A DNA stretch of 64,000 nt from Leucoraja ocellata (lineage: Eukaryota), in assembly GCA_036785375.1 (NCBI GenBank), contig JAWMAR010001442.1, positions 186,001 to 250,000 on the forward strand, read 5' to 3'. Below are positions 1 to 9,884 of the stretch, piece after piece. The notes under the pieces are model-generated. The model worked only from the letters and a program-made list of their open reading frames with translations. It had not been told where the DNA came from and did not search any database. The translations under genes and the position numbers were made by a program. The first letter of the stretch is position 1, and the number at the start of each line of letters is the position of its first letter.

Positions 1-835
1 GGCACCTCTACCCATTTAGGGTGAAGTTTGGCACTTGCTCCCTTATGGGAGATGCTGGTGCCGACATTCATTGCTGCCTGCTGCTGGTCAGTAAACGGCA
101 GCGATATCTGTGTGGCGGCGACTTCAGTTCTGTACTGACATCCGTAGCTGGCTGCCTGCTGTTCAGAACACAGCAGCAACGACTGTGGCTCTGCCCTGAC
201 GTCCATAGCTGGCTGCCTGCTTCTCTTCAGAATACGGCAGCGACGTCTGTAAAGAAACAAAGGTAAGGAAAAATTGTTCTTACCTGTGCTAGTTCTCAGC
301 CTGCCGTTTGGGAGGAACGTCCTTCCTCCCACAGCCCCACGGACCCCGTAGCGTAGGTCCTTGGGCTGCTGTCCGAGATGTCGGCTGACGGCTACGGAGT
401 ACTCACGGTACTGGCCGCTCGTCCCTGTCCTTCAGCCGCTTCAATCGGCTCCAATGCCACTAGCGACTGTATTGAACCCGGGACTTGTTGCTTCGCTTCC
501 CGCCCGGCAGCAGTGAATCTTGCCGGTGCGGGGAGCGACGTCGGGCACAGCTGTTTCCTCTCCCGAGGATTCGCGTGCCGTCGGCTGCTGCTGGCTGCTG
601 GCTGCCCGCTGTCTCCACGGTTCTCCCCTCCAGCTTTCCCGCAGCTTCTTGCATTTCCTACCTGCAAGGTAAGTGGGAAAAATTTTGCAGTCTGTTACCT
701 GCTTCTTTCCACTTACCTCTAGGGAGACGTCGTCTCCCACGTCTGACTCGTTCAATGCGTGTATGCGATATGGCACGCATGCGTCGTAGCGGGCTTCTTT
801 CACGTAGTCACTCACGTGACTCCGAAGTAAAATTG
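1..835 (-). mobile_element. DIRS1-type tyrosine-recombinase retrotransposon, 5' terminus (runs off window start)
   Basis: The end at ~797-835 (ttcacgtagtcactcacgtgactccgaagtaaaat) is the same terminal motif found in the DIRS elements at 44680-44715, 47584-47620 and 54275-54308. A GC-rich leader/gag-like region follows on the minus strand. Confidence 0.7.
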
Positions 836-1488
836 AAACTTTCAATGAGCCTGGAGATCAAAGCCTTCAGCTGCGTAGAAAGCAGAGTCTGTCTGACAGG
901 AGACATAACATTTGTCAATGTAAGATGTTGTCTATTTCACAACCCCTCCTTCTTTAAGCAAAATGGTGAGCAAATTCCTTTCAAAAATAGTTATGTGCAT
1001 GGTATTAGTGTGGATGACAGTTGTTGCAGTGTCATCAGAAATTTATAAGCCTAGTTTAACAGTGTGCAATGTTTTTGCTCTGTGAATCTTGTTTTAATCA
1101 GCAATGTGATATTGTTAAACATGTGTGTTTGCAAGATGCTCAATCCCGTCCCTTATCAGTGACAGTCGTGTAGTTCCAGCATCGCGGTGTCGGGGGGAAA
1201 CCGCCTCCTATGAAACCTGGCAGAGTATGGATACACTCCATCCTGTCAAATGCTGGTATCTTCCACAAGAGGCATTTTGTCTTGCTCATCCTTAGATGAT
1301 TATAACCAAACACGTCCATTCCTTGCAACATTCCTTGCATTCCCTGAGTTTCTCCTTTGGACTGAGGTTTGTGTCCGGGAGGTGGGTTAATAAATCTATG
1401 GCAATTTGTGCTAACTACAGTTTTCACCCAAAGCCAGTATAGGACAGGAGACCGGTTAGAGCCCTGGATCTTGCCTCACCAGTTTGCA

Positions 1489-1494
1489 TTTATT
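1489..1494 (-). terminator. candidate polyadenylation signal (AATAAA) for the secreted IgW transcript
   Basis: tttatt on plus, ~320 nt downstream of the tail stop codon. A second AATAAA overlaps the last codons of the tail. Confidence 0.35.
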
Positions 1495-1815
1495 ATAGGG
1501 TCACGCTATTTTTTACTGAGCCACTTTGCATTTCATACCGTTTACCTTAAACATCTCCTGCCTTTCAATCTCTGGGTGGTCCTTGTTGACTAGAGTCTGA
1601 GCATGAATAAATCTGGCCAGTGGCACTGGGATGTGAAGCAACAATGTTTGCAAATGAATGAATATACAGGCAACTAGTGGAAGGGAGAGGGAGACAGCTT
1701 GAATTGGATATTTTCCCCACTCTGGTACACTTTGATCCCAGTAGATACCAGGGGTTGGATTTGAATCTTATAAATGGGTAGTAATAATAGAATGACAAAT
1801 TCCATACGCAGCCAA

Positions 1816-1943
1816 TTACTTTATTTCACACTTTCCTGCCCAACAATGATACTGCTGGGTAGAACCATCTGAGAATGACACATTGAGATTACTCTGGTAG
1901 ATGAACTTCGGCAGACACTTCGAACAGCCGGGACATTTTCCAC
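1816..1943 (-). CDS. IgW: IgW/IgX short-form Cys-rich secretory tail exon (GGKCPGCSKCLPKFIYQSNLNVSFSDGSTQQYHCWAGKCEIK*)
   Basis: Polypyrimidine acceptor cttccatttccag at 1944-1956, phase 1, then a 42-aa open frame with 5 Cys and an NVS sequon, ending TAA at 1816-1818. Matches the Cys-rich C-terminal segment I recall for skate IgX. Confidence 0.9.
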
Positions 1944-2180
1944 CTGGAAATGGAAGATTAATTGATTTAAATGTTAAGAGATTTTTACCTCCCGTGTTGA
2001 GGAAAGAGGAGATTCACATATTCCCAGTCTGTGTCCTCAGTATTTATCAGCATAAGATTATGCCGACCACGATAAACTGCTTCACTTTGTCCAGGATCAG
2101 ACAATACTTTAAAGAGTGTGGAGATGAGTTCAAAAATAATCCAGGCACTGACATTTCAATGAAAGGGAAAGGGCAATCTA

Positions 2181-2690
2181 CAGGTGAGTTGGACAGTTTG
2201 GGTGAGTGGGCAGATGCATGGCAGATACAGTTTAATGTGGATAAATGTGAGGTAGCAAAAATAGGAAGGCAGATTACTATCTTAATTGGGTCAAGTTGGG
2301 AAATGGGGAAGTACAATGGGATCTCGGGGTCCTTGTTCATCAGTCAATGAAAATAAGCATGCAGGTACTGCAGGGAGTGAAGAAAGCGAATGGCATGTTG
2401 GCCTTTATAACAAGAGGAGTTGAGTATAGGAGCAAAGAAGTCCTTCTGCAGCTGTACAGGGCCCTAGTAGAGACCACACCTGGAGTATTGTGTGCAGTTT
2501 TGGCCCCCTAATGCGTGGAAGGACATTCTTGCTATTGAGGGAGTGCAGCGTAGGTTCATCAGGTTAATTCCCTGATTGGCGGGACTGTCATGTGCTGAGA
2601 GAATGGAGCGGCTGGGCGTGTATACCCTGGAGTTTAGAAGGATGAGAGGATATCTTATTGAAACATATAAGATTATTAAGGGTTTGGACA
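2181..2690 (+). mobile_element. CR1 LINE ORF2 fragment, truncated at both ends, inside the CH1-tail intron
   Basis: LGEWADAWQIQFNVDKCEV, KKANGMLAFITRGVEYRSKEVLLQLYRALV and GYLIETYKIIKGLD motifs. It stops abruptly at ~2690 with no CR1 3' UTR or tail. Confidence 0.9.
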
Positions 2691-2739
2691 CTTTAGTTCT
2701 ATCATCAGCTTTAAATGGACAACAAAATCTCACACTAAC

Positions 2740-3045
2740 CTTGAGGCTTCGGGAACGCCGTTATTACCATGTTGTCTGGCTTGGATCCTGCCATGCAGTA
2801 GTAGGCATTCCTGTTCCAATCTGCTACAGAGACTCGCAGCAAGCTGCTCATTGTGTACTTGTTGTTTTGTCCCAACACTGGTGGGTACTTTGTGATTCCA
2901 TTGTTGATGACCCCACTGCTGGTGGACCATGTCTGACTGATGATCTCAGGCAGGTAGTCCTTGACCAGACAGAGGATGCTGATCTCTTGGCCAGATTCTG
3001 TGTTGCAGGAAGAGGTGATGTGGACTGAAGGCAAAACCACATCCT
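2740..3045 (-). CDS. IgW: IgW/IgX heavy-chain constant domain CH1 exon
   Basis: Acceptor atttccatttcag at 3046 and donor GTTAGT at 2739, phase 1-1, 306 nt. Encodes EDVVLPSVHITSSCNTESGQEISILCLVKDYLPEIISQTW...YTMSSLLRVSVADWNRNAYYC..., a C1-set domain with C-W-C and an extra N-terminal Cys (likely light-chain bond). Confidence 0.93.
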
Positions 3046-3524
3046 CTGAAATGGAAATAAATTAACAGTTGGTTCTATAGTAAATGGATTATTACCAGCG
3101 CATGCAACAGGTTCATGCTGATTGCTGAGTGAATGCAGGTGATTCAGGCTGAGAGAAGGCCAGGCAGAGCAGACAAATAGTTCCTTTCCCAGTCCCTTTC
3201 ACACCGTGCATGACCAAGCAGTGAAATGCTGATCTCACACTGGCGAAGCAACATCTGCCAACCAGAGGGACAAACCGGCCTGTGCTCTGGGTGATGTGTC
3301 CCAGGTCAGGAACCACATGGTATGGTGCCAGATGGACCATATCTATAACCACCGGGCCAAACGGTGCTGGATCTGGCCTGTTGTGGAACTCCTTCAATGC
3401 TGGGCCTCGGGGAGTGTTGTACAACTAAGGGATCTTGGAGAACAGCTACACAGATCCCAGGAAGCGTTGTCACAGGTAAATAGGTTGGTAAACAAAGCTA
3501 TTCATGAATCAGGGAATTGATATA

Positions 3525-4092
3525 CAGTAACCCCTCGTTTTAACGGACCACTTTATAACAGATTTTGGATGTAGCGGACGGACCTGCCGACAACACCCTT
3601 GCACGCATGGTCCTTGGAGTCACCAACATACTGCACCTTGGAAGCAGCAGCTGGTGAGAGGAGAGGGTGCCCCATGGTGAGCATGCACCTTGTCAGTGGC
3701 CTGAAGAAAACACTGCCAGTCAGAAGCTACATTGTGAGCCACAACCACAGCCGTGTCACCGGACCGTGCAGTGGATGAAGAAGGACTCGCTGGTGCAGAG
3801 CAGAGACAATGGCGCCTGGTTTTAAGTTGAAATAACACAAAGTACTTCAGTAACCCAGCAGACTGAATCAGTCTGAAGAAGATTCCCCACCTCACCTATT
3901 GATGTTCTCCAGAGATGCTCCCTGACCAGTTGAATTACTCCAGCACTTTGTGTCTTTTTGTGTATTAACCAGCATCTGCATTCTTTGTTTCAACTACATA
4001 CACGGGTAATACCTTTCTTGTTTAAAGCTACATTCGGCAATAATGGATACTATCCCCCCCACACCATGGTCCGTTATAATGAGGGTTTACTG
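3525..4092. mobile_element. Tc1/pogo-type MITE with ~25-bp TIRs, inserted in an old CR1
   Basis: Left end ta|cagtaacccctcgttttaacggacc; reverse complement of right end cagtaaaccctcattataacggacc. Confidence 0.7.
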
Positions 4093-4094
4093 TT

Positions 4095-4680
4095 CAGAAG
4101 TTGGATGTTATACTAGAATGTTACAAGAAATCGGTGAGGCTGAATTTGGAATACAATGTTGAGTTTTCATCAAGCTACTTTCGGAAAGATATCATTAGGC
4201 TAGAAGAGTGCTGAGAAGTTTCACAAGTATGTTGCCAGGACTCAAGGGCCTGAGCTGGAGGGAAATGTAGGGCAGGCTCGGACTTTACTCCTTTATACCT
4301 CTAGAAGGCAGAAGCGTGATCCTATAAAGGTGAATAAAATCATGAGCGGAATAGATAGGGTGAATGCACAGTCTATTACACAGGATAGGGGAATCAAGAT
4401 ATAGGTGTAAGATGAGAGGAACAAGATTTAATGGGAATGTGTGGGGAACTGTCACATACACAGGGTGGTGGATATATGGAACAGGCTGCCAGAGGAAACA
4501 GTTGAGGCAGGTACGATAACAGCATTTAAAAGACACTTGGACAGATACATGGATAGGAAAGAATTAGAGGACATGAGGTAAACATGGGCAAGTGGGACTA
4601 GCATACATGGAACATCAGGCTGCCTTGCACAAGCTGAGCTGAAGGGCTTGTTTCCGTGCTGTATGACTCTATGTCTCTGA
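4095..4680 (+). mobile_element. degenerate CR1 LINE 3' portion
   Basis: CR1 ORF2 C-terminal remnants and a 3' UTR ending gaagggcttgtttccgtgctgtatgactctatg. Confidence 0.75.
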
Positions 4681-5030
4681 GTTATTCATGGGCTGGGAAA
4701 TGCTTTGAGATGTCCTGGGGTTGTGGAAACCTTCAACAAAATGAAAAAACGTCAAATAAATGTGGAAATAGCGGTTGTCAGATACTGTACTGAAAGAGTT
4801 TGATGATAGAGCACTGAAGTGAAAGGGTGATTCTGCTTCTCTCCCCACAGATGCTGCCTGAGCTGTCGAGTGTTTTGTGCAGGAGGATCAATGATGTCAG
4901 GCGGCGAGACTTGTAGCTCACAGTGTTTTCCATCCCGGGATCAGCAGGTGGTGAGTGCAGTTTAATTTGGATCAATGTTCCTAATGTGGTCAGGAGGTGG
5001 GTCAGAGACAGGAAAACACATCATACTAGC

Positions 5031-5500
5031 AGCTGGGGTGAGGAGCTGGGTGTTGCAGTGAGGAGCTGGGTGCTGGGGGGAGGAGCTGGGTGCTGGGGGG
5101 AGGAGCTGGGTGCTGGGGGGAGGAGCTGGGTGCTGGGGGGAGGAGCTGGGGGGAGGAGCTGGGTGCTGGGGGGAGGAGCTGGGTGCTGGGGGGAGGAGCT
5201 GGGTGCTGGGGGGAGGAGCTGGGTGCTGGGGGGAGGAGCTGGGTGCTGGGGGGAGGAGCTGGGTGCTGGGGGGAGGAGCTGGGTGCTGGGGGGAGGAGCT
5301 GGGTGCTGGGGGGAGGAGCTGGGTGCTGGGGGGAGGAGCTGGGTGCTGGGGGGAGGAGCTGGGTGCTGGGGGGAGGAGCTGGGTGCTGGGGGGAGGAGCT
5401 GGGTGCTGGGGAGAGGAGCTGGGTGCTGGGGGGAGGAGCTGGGTGCTGGGGGGAGGAGCTGGGTGCTGGGGGGAGGGGCTGGGTGCTGGGGGGAGGAGCT
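5031..5500. repeat. 20-bp G-rich minisatellite (AGGAGCTGGGTGCTGGGGGG)x~23 in the JH-CH1 intron
   Basis: Directly visible near-perfect tandem array with one shortened unit at 5141-5153. Confidence 0.97.
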
Positions 5501-6329
5501 GCAATAAACTGCCCGTCTGGGTCGCCATCCTGGGGGCATTTAGTGCCAATTGCATTGCTGGGTCAGGGGTCAGAAATAGGCTCGACTGGATAAGGACAAT
5601 AGATCTCCTCTGAGGGACAGCAGGGAAATTGAGAGGTCATCATTACTATGGATTTGTGCACAAAATCCAGGTTACTAACAAAAGAAAATCTGACCCTGGT
5701 CCAATCTGTCCCAGATTACGAACAAAGTTTAAATTCCACAGTTGTTACGGACAACATTTTCCCCTCACCAGCGGTATGCCGATTCTGCTGTGTGCAGAGT
5801 GGATCCACAGTCCCTCCTTTACAACACGGCTCTATTGTGAACATGCCTCGCTGCCTGTGAAGTGCTCGGGAACACCATGAAAGGTGCTCTGTCAATCACT
5901 GAGATTCACTGAGACACCAGCAGCCCTGGTTAATGGAACAAAGCACGTGTTGGACAAACCCAGTCTGTCGGCTGGCGGAGGAGGGCAGCAAATTAGAGCC
6001 GTGCCTCCATCTGTGAACTGGGAAAAAGCAGCTCTTTTGTGCAGCAAAACCCACGTCAAAAACACCAAGCAACTTGACTCAGAATCTAAACTATGCGCAT
6101 CAGTGAATTCACAATGAAGAATAAAAGGTATTGACTTACTAAGGATCTCTAAATGTTGAAATTCAATACAAGACGCAACGAAAACCTGGTGTACTAAACC
6201 CCACATCTACAGTAGAACCATGTACAACATTCTCTCATTACTTTCAAATCATTCATTATTGTGAACCTTTGTTTTTGAACCAGCATCAATGTGATTTACA
6301 ATCTAGAGAATGTTCTGTGTTCTGAAGCA

Positions 6330-6650
6330 TTTACACAAGGAGTGTTTGACAGAGCAATGTAGAGGGAGCTCGACTCTGTATCAAACACACTGTCCCTGCA
6401 CTGGGAGAGAGTGTAGAGGCAACTTCACTCAGTGACTAACCCGTACCCTGGGTGTGTGTGGAGACAGGTTGGATGGAGCCTCACTCCTTGTCTAACCTGT
6501 GCTGCCCCTTCCCTGGGAGTGTTGGGACAGGGAGATGGAACTTTGTATCTAATCTGTAGCTGACAGCACAGTGACACGGGGAGATTTATTCTGCATTTGA
6601 CTCATGCTCTGTCTGACCTGGATGTGTTTGATGGGATCGCTTTGCGGGAG
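6330..6650. repeat. degenerate ~60-65-bp satellite-like tandem repeat
   Basis: Recurring motif gggagtgtttga...gtgtagagggagct..actctgtatctaacc in about 5 diverged copies. Confidence 0.55.
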
Positions 6651-6719
6651 CAGGTACTGGAGTCATAGCGTCATAGATTAATAGTGTGGAAACAGGCAGA
6701 TTAATCTCCAAAAGACTGG

Positions 6720-7990
6720 AGGGTGGCTGATACTGACGCGTAATTGAAGAAGGACATTAGGGCCAAGCCAGGGATCTACACCAGTGAGCCTGATGTCATT
6801 GGTGGGAATGTCCTTAGGGATAGGAACTACCCATATTTGGATAGACACGGACTGATTTGGGATAGTCCTAAATTTACAAGATCTAGATCATTTGGGAGGG
6901 TGGGCCAAGGATTAGGGACAGCATGGCTTGTGTTGGGGGAATTGTGCCTCGTGGACCTGATAAGGTTCAACAAGGTCTGGCATGGTGGGCTGGCGTGGAA
7001 GGTTAGATCACATGAAACCCAACATGAACTAAATTAGCTTGGAGGAAGTGGACTACTGCAGGGGTCAGTGCAGAGACCACTGTTGTTGGTTATCTACATT
7101 AACAGTTTGCCATACAATATAGTGGACATTGATAGTAAGTTTGCAGATGACACCAAAGTCAGAGCATGAGTGGACAGTGAGAGGGATAAGTTTACAATAA
7201 GATCAAGATCAGTTGGGAAAGGGAGCCAAGGAATGCCAAATGGAATTTAACTCTGACAAGTGAGGGAGTGTTGAACTTTGGTAGATCAAACCAGGGCTGG
7301 ACTTACACAGTAAATGGTAGCGCCTGAAGAGTGTTGTAGAACAGACAGATGTGGAAATGCAGGGGCATGGTTCGCTGAGAGTGGCGAGTTAGGTGGACGG
7401 GGAGCTGAGGTGGCTTTTGTCAGACTGCCTTCAATGGGAAGGGTACTGCGTATAAAAGTTGGGACATGATGATGCAGCTGTATAAGTCATTGGTGAGACC
7501 ACGCTTGGAGTAAGTACTGTGTGTAGTTCTGGTCACACAGCTACAGGATGTCATTATATTGGAAAGGACTTGGAAAAGATTCACCAAGATATTGTCTGGA
7601 CATGTGAGGTTCTGTTTTAGGGAGAGGGAGGATAAGATGGGTTTTTTCCCCTTTGGGGCAAAGAACACTGGGCAGTAACGTTATTGAGGTGAACAAGATC
7701 ATGAGGGGCATGGATAAGGTGCACGCTCACAGGCTTTGTACCAGGATAGAGGTTTCTAAAACAAGAGGGCACAGGCGTAAGGTGAGTGGGGAGAGATTAA
7801 AAAGGGGACTTCAAGGGCATTTTTATTCACAAAGGGTAGGCAGTATCTGGAATGAGTTGCCAGAGAAAACTATAAAAGCAGATAGAATTACGAAAAATCC
7901 GGTATATGGATGAGAAGGATATGTGGCCAATGGGCCGAGCCCAGAAAGCCAGCTTGATCGGCATGCACAAGATGGACTGAAGGCAGATGA
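6720..7990 (+). mobile_element. old, degenerate CR1 LINE
   Basis: Remnant SKFADDTK (agtaagtttgcagatgacaccaaa, 7135-7158) and C-terminal ORF2 motifs with many stops. Confidence 0.8.
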
Positions 7991-8203
7991 TGGCGAGACT
8001 CAGGGAAAGAACAGCCTGTGGGGCAGTTCAACGTGGTGGGAAATGTACTGTTGCTGGGTAGATTCTAACTCTGGAGAAACCCGCCTGTGTCCGGGAAATC
8101 CGTTCCAAATATCACACCGAGTTCAGGTCAATTACAGAATTGGCAAAGACCATACATTAATAAAACACAACTGGGTAAAATGGAATTGAGGAATTGGTCT
8201 TAC

Positions 8204-8251
8204 CTGAAGTCACTGTCAGCGAGGTTCCTGCACCCCAGTAGTAAAGATAGT
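8204..8251 (-). CDS. IGHJ: JH segment (YLYYWGAGTSLTVTS)
   Basis: WGxG motif, GTAAGA donor at 8203-8198 (phase 1), and an upstream 23-bp RSS. Confidence 0.93.
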
Positions 8252-8290
8252 CACACTGATTCATTTTCCCACTCAGTCAGTACAATAACT
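8252..8290 (+). other. JH recombination signal: heptamer CACACTG, 23-bp spacer, nonamer ACAATAACT
   Basis: Heptamer 8252-8258, spacer 8259-8281, nonamer 8282-8290. Confidence 0.88.
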
Positions 8291-8616
8291 CCACTCGCCC
8301 TCCACATCCAATAATCCCAGCAAAGTGTCAACGTGAACTCTGCCCGGACCAGGAGCAGCCGCTTCCTGCATTTCCATCCCAATCTCCGTCCTTGTTCAAC
8401 CTCTGGTGTGAATAAAAGAGGCATTTTTGCCGTCTGCTGCCACCGGCTCTGGCCGTCTCTCACAAACACAATCGCCTCCTTTCGGGCTTTTAACCGGCCA
8501 GAAATGGACATTTCTTCCCTGCAGTGCGAGCCAGGCTTCAGGGATTGGACTTTGGCAAGCAGCAATGCTCAATGGATGGAGACAGACTGCGCTGCGGACG
8601 CTCATTTGTCGGGGGC

Positions 8617-8682
8617 AGTTTTTGTTCAGCTCTCCACCGCCGTGGGCCAGTATACACGGTGATTCACCGCCGCTCACAAACT
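8617..8682 (-). other. IGHD: DH segment TATACTGGCC (8645-8654) flanked by two 12-bp-spacer RSSs
   Basis: J-facing RSS: CACGGCG (8644-8638), 12 bp, ACAAAAACT (8625-8617). V-facing RSS: CACGGTG (8655-8661), 12 bp, TCACAAACT (8674-8682). Confidence 0.9.
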
Positions 8683-9009
8683 GCGCTACCACATCCAGTC
8701 CGAAATCCAACACTGGCCAGAGTGGACAACGGTTTAATTAAAGCCCCGTCCATGTGTGTCCATGTGTCCCACACAGCAGTGTCCAGTCTCGGCCATTGCA
8801 GCCCTGTAGTGAACAGGAGATAACCCACCGCGACTGTCACCGTGCCTCGACCCACAGCGGCTCCTCGCTGTTTGTGTTCCCACATCTCCAGTGGAACTTG
8901 TTCCCTGTGCCAGATGATGCACTCTGGATCTGGTTTATATCCACGGGTCCCGAGGAAAGGCGGCGGCGGCAGCGCCCAGAGACGTGATTTAAAGCGTTTG
9001 GCTGCGGCA

Positions 9010-9047
9010 GGTTTTTGTATTGATGAAGTCCCATCTCTCACACTGTG
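9010..9047 (-). other. RSS 3' of the V(D1) exon: CACAGTG, 22-bp spacer, ACAAAAACC
   Basis: Consensus heptamer at 9047-9041 and consensus nonamer at 9018-9010. Confidence 0.95.
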
Positions 9048-9357
9048 CCACCCGTATAGTCTCTCGCACAGTAATAGGTGGCCGTGTCGGCCAGACTCAG
9101 GCGGGTCATTTGGAGATAGACGTTGCTGCTGTCCGAGGAAACCTCGAATCGGCCGCTGAAGGCTGGCGCGTACAGTTTGCTGCTACCCCTCACTCTACCC
9201 ACCCACTCCAGCCCTTTCCCGGGGACTTGTTTCACCCAATGCACGGAGTAGTCGCTGAGGGTGAACCCGCTGGTTGCACAGGTCAGTTTGAGGGACTCTC
9301 CAGACTTTGCCACCTCGGTCGGTTTCTGATTCAGCACTGATTCAGCGGATCGAACGC
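9048..9357 (-). CDS. IGHV: VH exon of IgW/IgX family, probably germline-joined to D1
   Basis: Acceptor ttttattgacag at 9358. Open frame GVRSAESVLNQKPTEVAKSGESLKLTCATSGFTLSDYSVHWVKQVPGKGLEWVG...DTATYYCARDYTG with canonical Cys/Trp/Cys. Confidence 0.96.
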
Positions 9358-9475
9358 CTGTCAATAAAAGAGAAACACAGTTGAATAAACAGTTGAAGAG
9401 GCAGAGGGTCAAAGAGTGTCCGAGAAGCAGCCCGGCCCCGAGTGGGGGTGACGCCCGCCGCGGGGGGACACCCAC

Positions 9476-9521
9476 CTGGCAGACAGGACAGAAGGAGACA
9501 GAGATAAGCAGCGACCCCCAT
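9476..9521 (-). CDS. IGHV: VH leader (signal peptide) exon MGVAAYLCLLLSCLP(G)
   Basis: ATG at 9521, hydrophobic 15 aa, phase-1 GTGGGT donor at 9475, 118-nt intron to the V exon. Confidence 0.92.
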
Positions 9522-9610
9522 CACTCTGAGCACTGACACACACTTGGACACTCCAGGAATGGGCGGCTTCAGCTCAAGGCCGGCTTTGTCGGGAGCAGCA
9601 GTCAGCGCTG

Positions 9611-9762
9611 TTTAAATAGGAAAGTGAGCTGTGAGTGAGAGACAGAGAGAGGTAGCCGCGGTTTCCCCACCCACTGAAACCAGAGGCGCGGCTTCCTGTC
9701 CCTGTCCCTGCCCCCAGCACCCAGTTCAATTCCCCAAAAGGTGTTTCTCTCCACAACAGGTG
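9611..9762 (-). promoter_or_regulatory. VH promoter: TATA-like TATTTAAA plus ETS and E-box motifs, no octamer
   Basis: TATTTAAA at 9618-9611 (~90 nt upstream of ATG), ACAGGAAG at 9699-9692, CAGGTG at 9757-9762, GGAAAGTGA at 9619-9627. Confidence 0.6.
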
Positions 9763-9884
9763 GAGGGGCAATGATGAGATCCGGATTAAAGATTGATCCC
9801 ACTCTGCTCCATCCACTCATTACAATGATGAACACTTTGTGGAGCAAGAGGTCACTCAGATCCCCAGTGAGGGGCTGAGTTAAA

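Noticed and set aside
1140-1427. 95-aa minus ORF downstream of the tail as a TM or CH3 exon
   Set aside because: No hydrophobic TM stretch, no CART motif, no C1-set signature and no convincing splice sites.
1990-2147. Possible cryptic exon or CH2 remnant between the CR1 and the tail exon
   Set aside because: No Ig-domain C/W pattern. The phase-1 reading stops after 33 codons and the splice signals are weak.
4923-5613. Long Pro-rich or Gly/Trp-rich ORFs
   Set aside because: Translations of the 20-bp minisatellite, open in several frames on both strands.
8838-8859. Possible extra D segment (GGTCGAGG) between heptamer-like CACGGTG and CACAGCG
   Set aside because: No acceptable nonamer at 12 or 22/23 bp on either side, and it would break the regular ~327-nt segment spacing.
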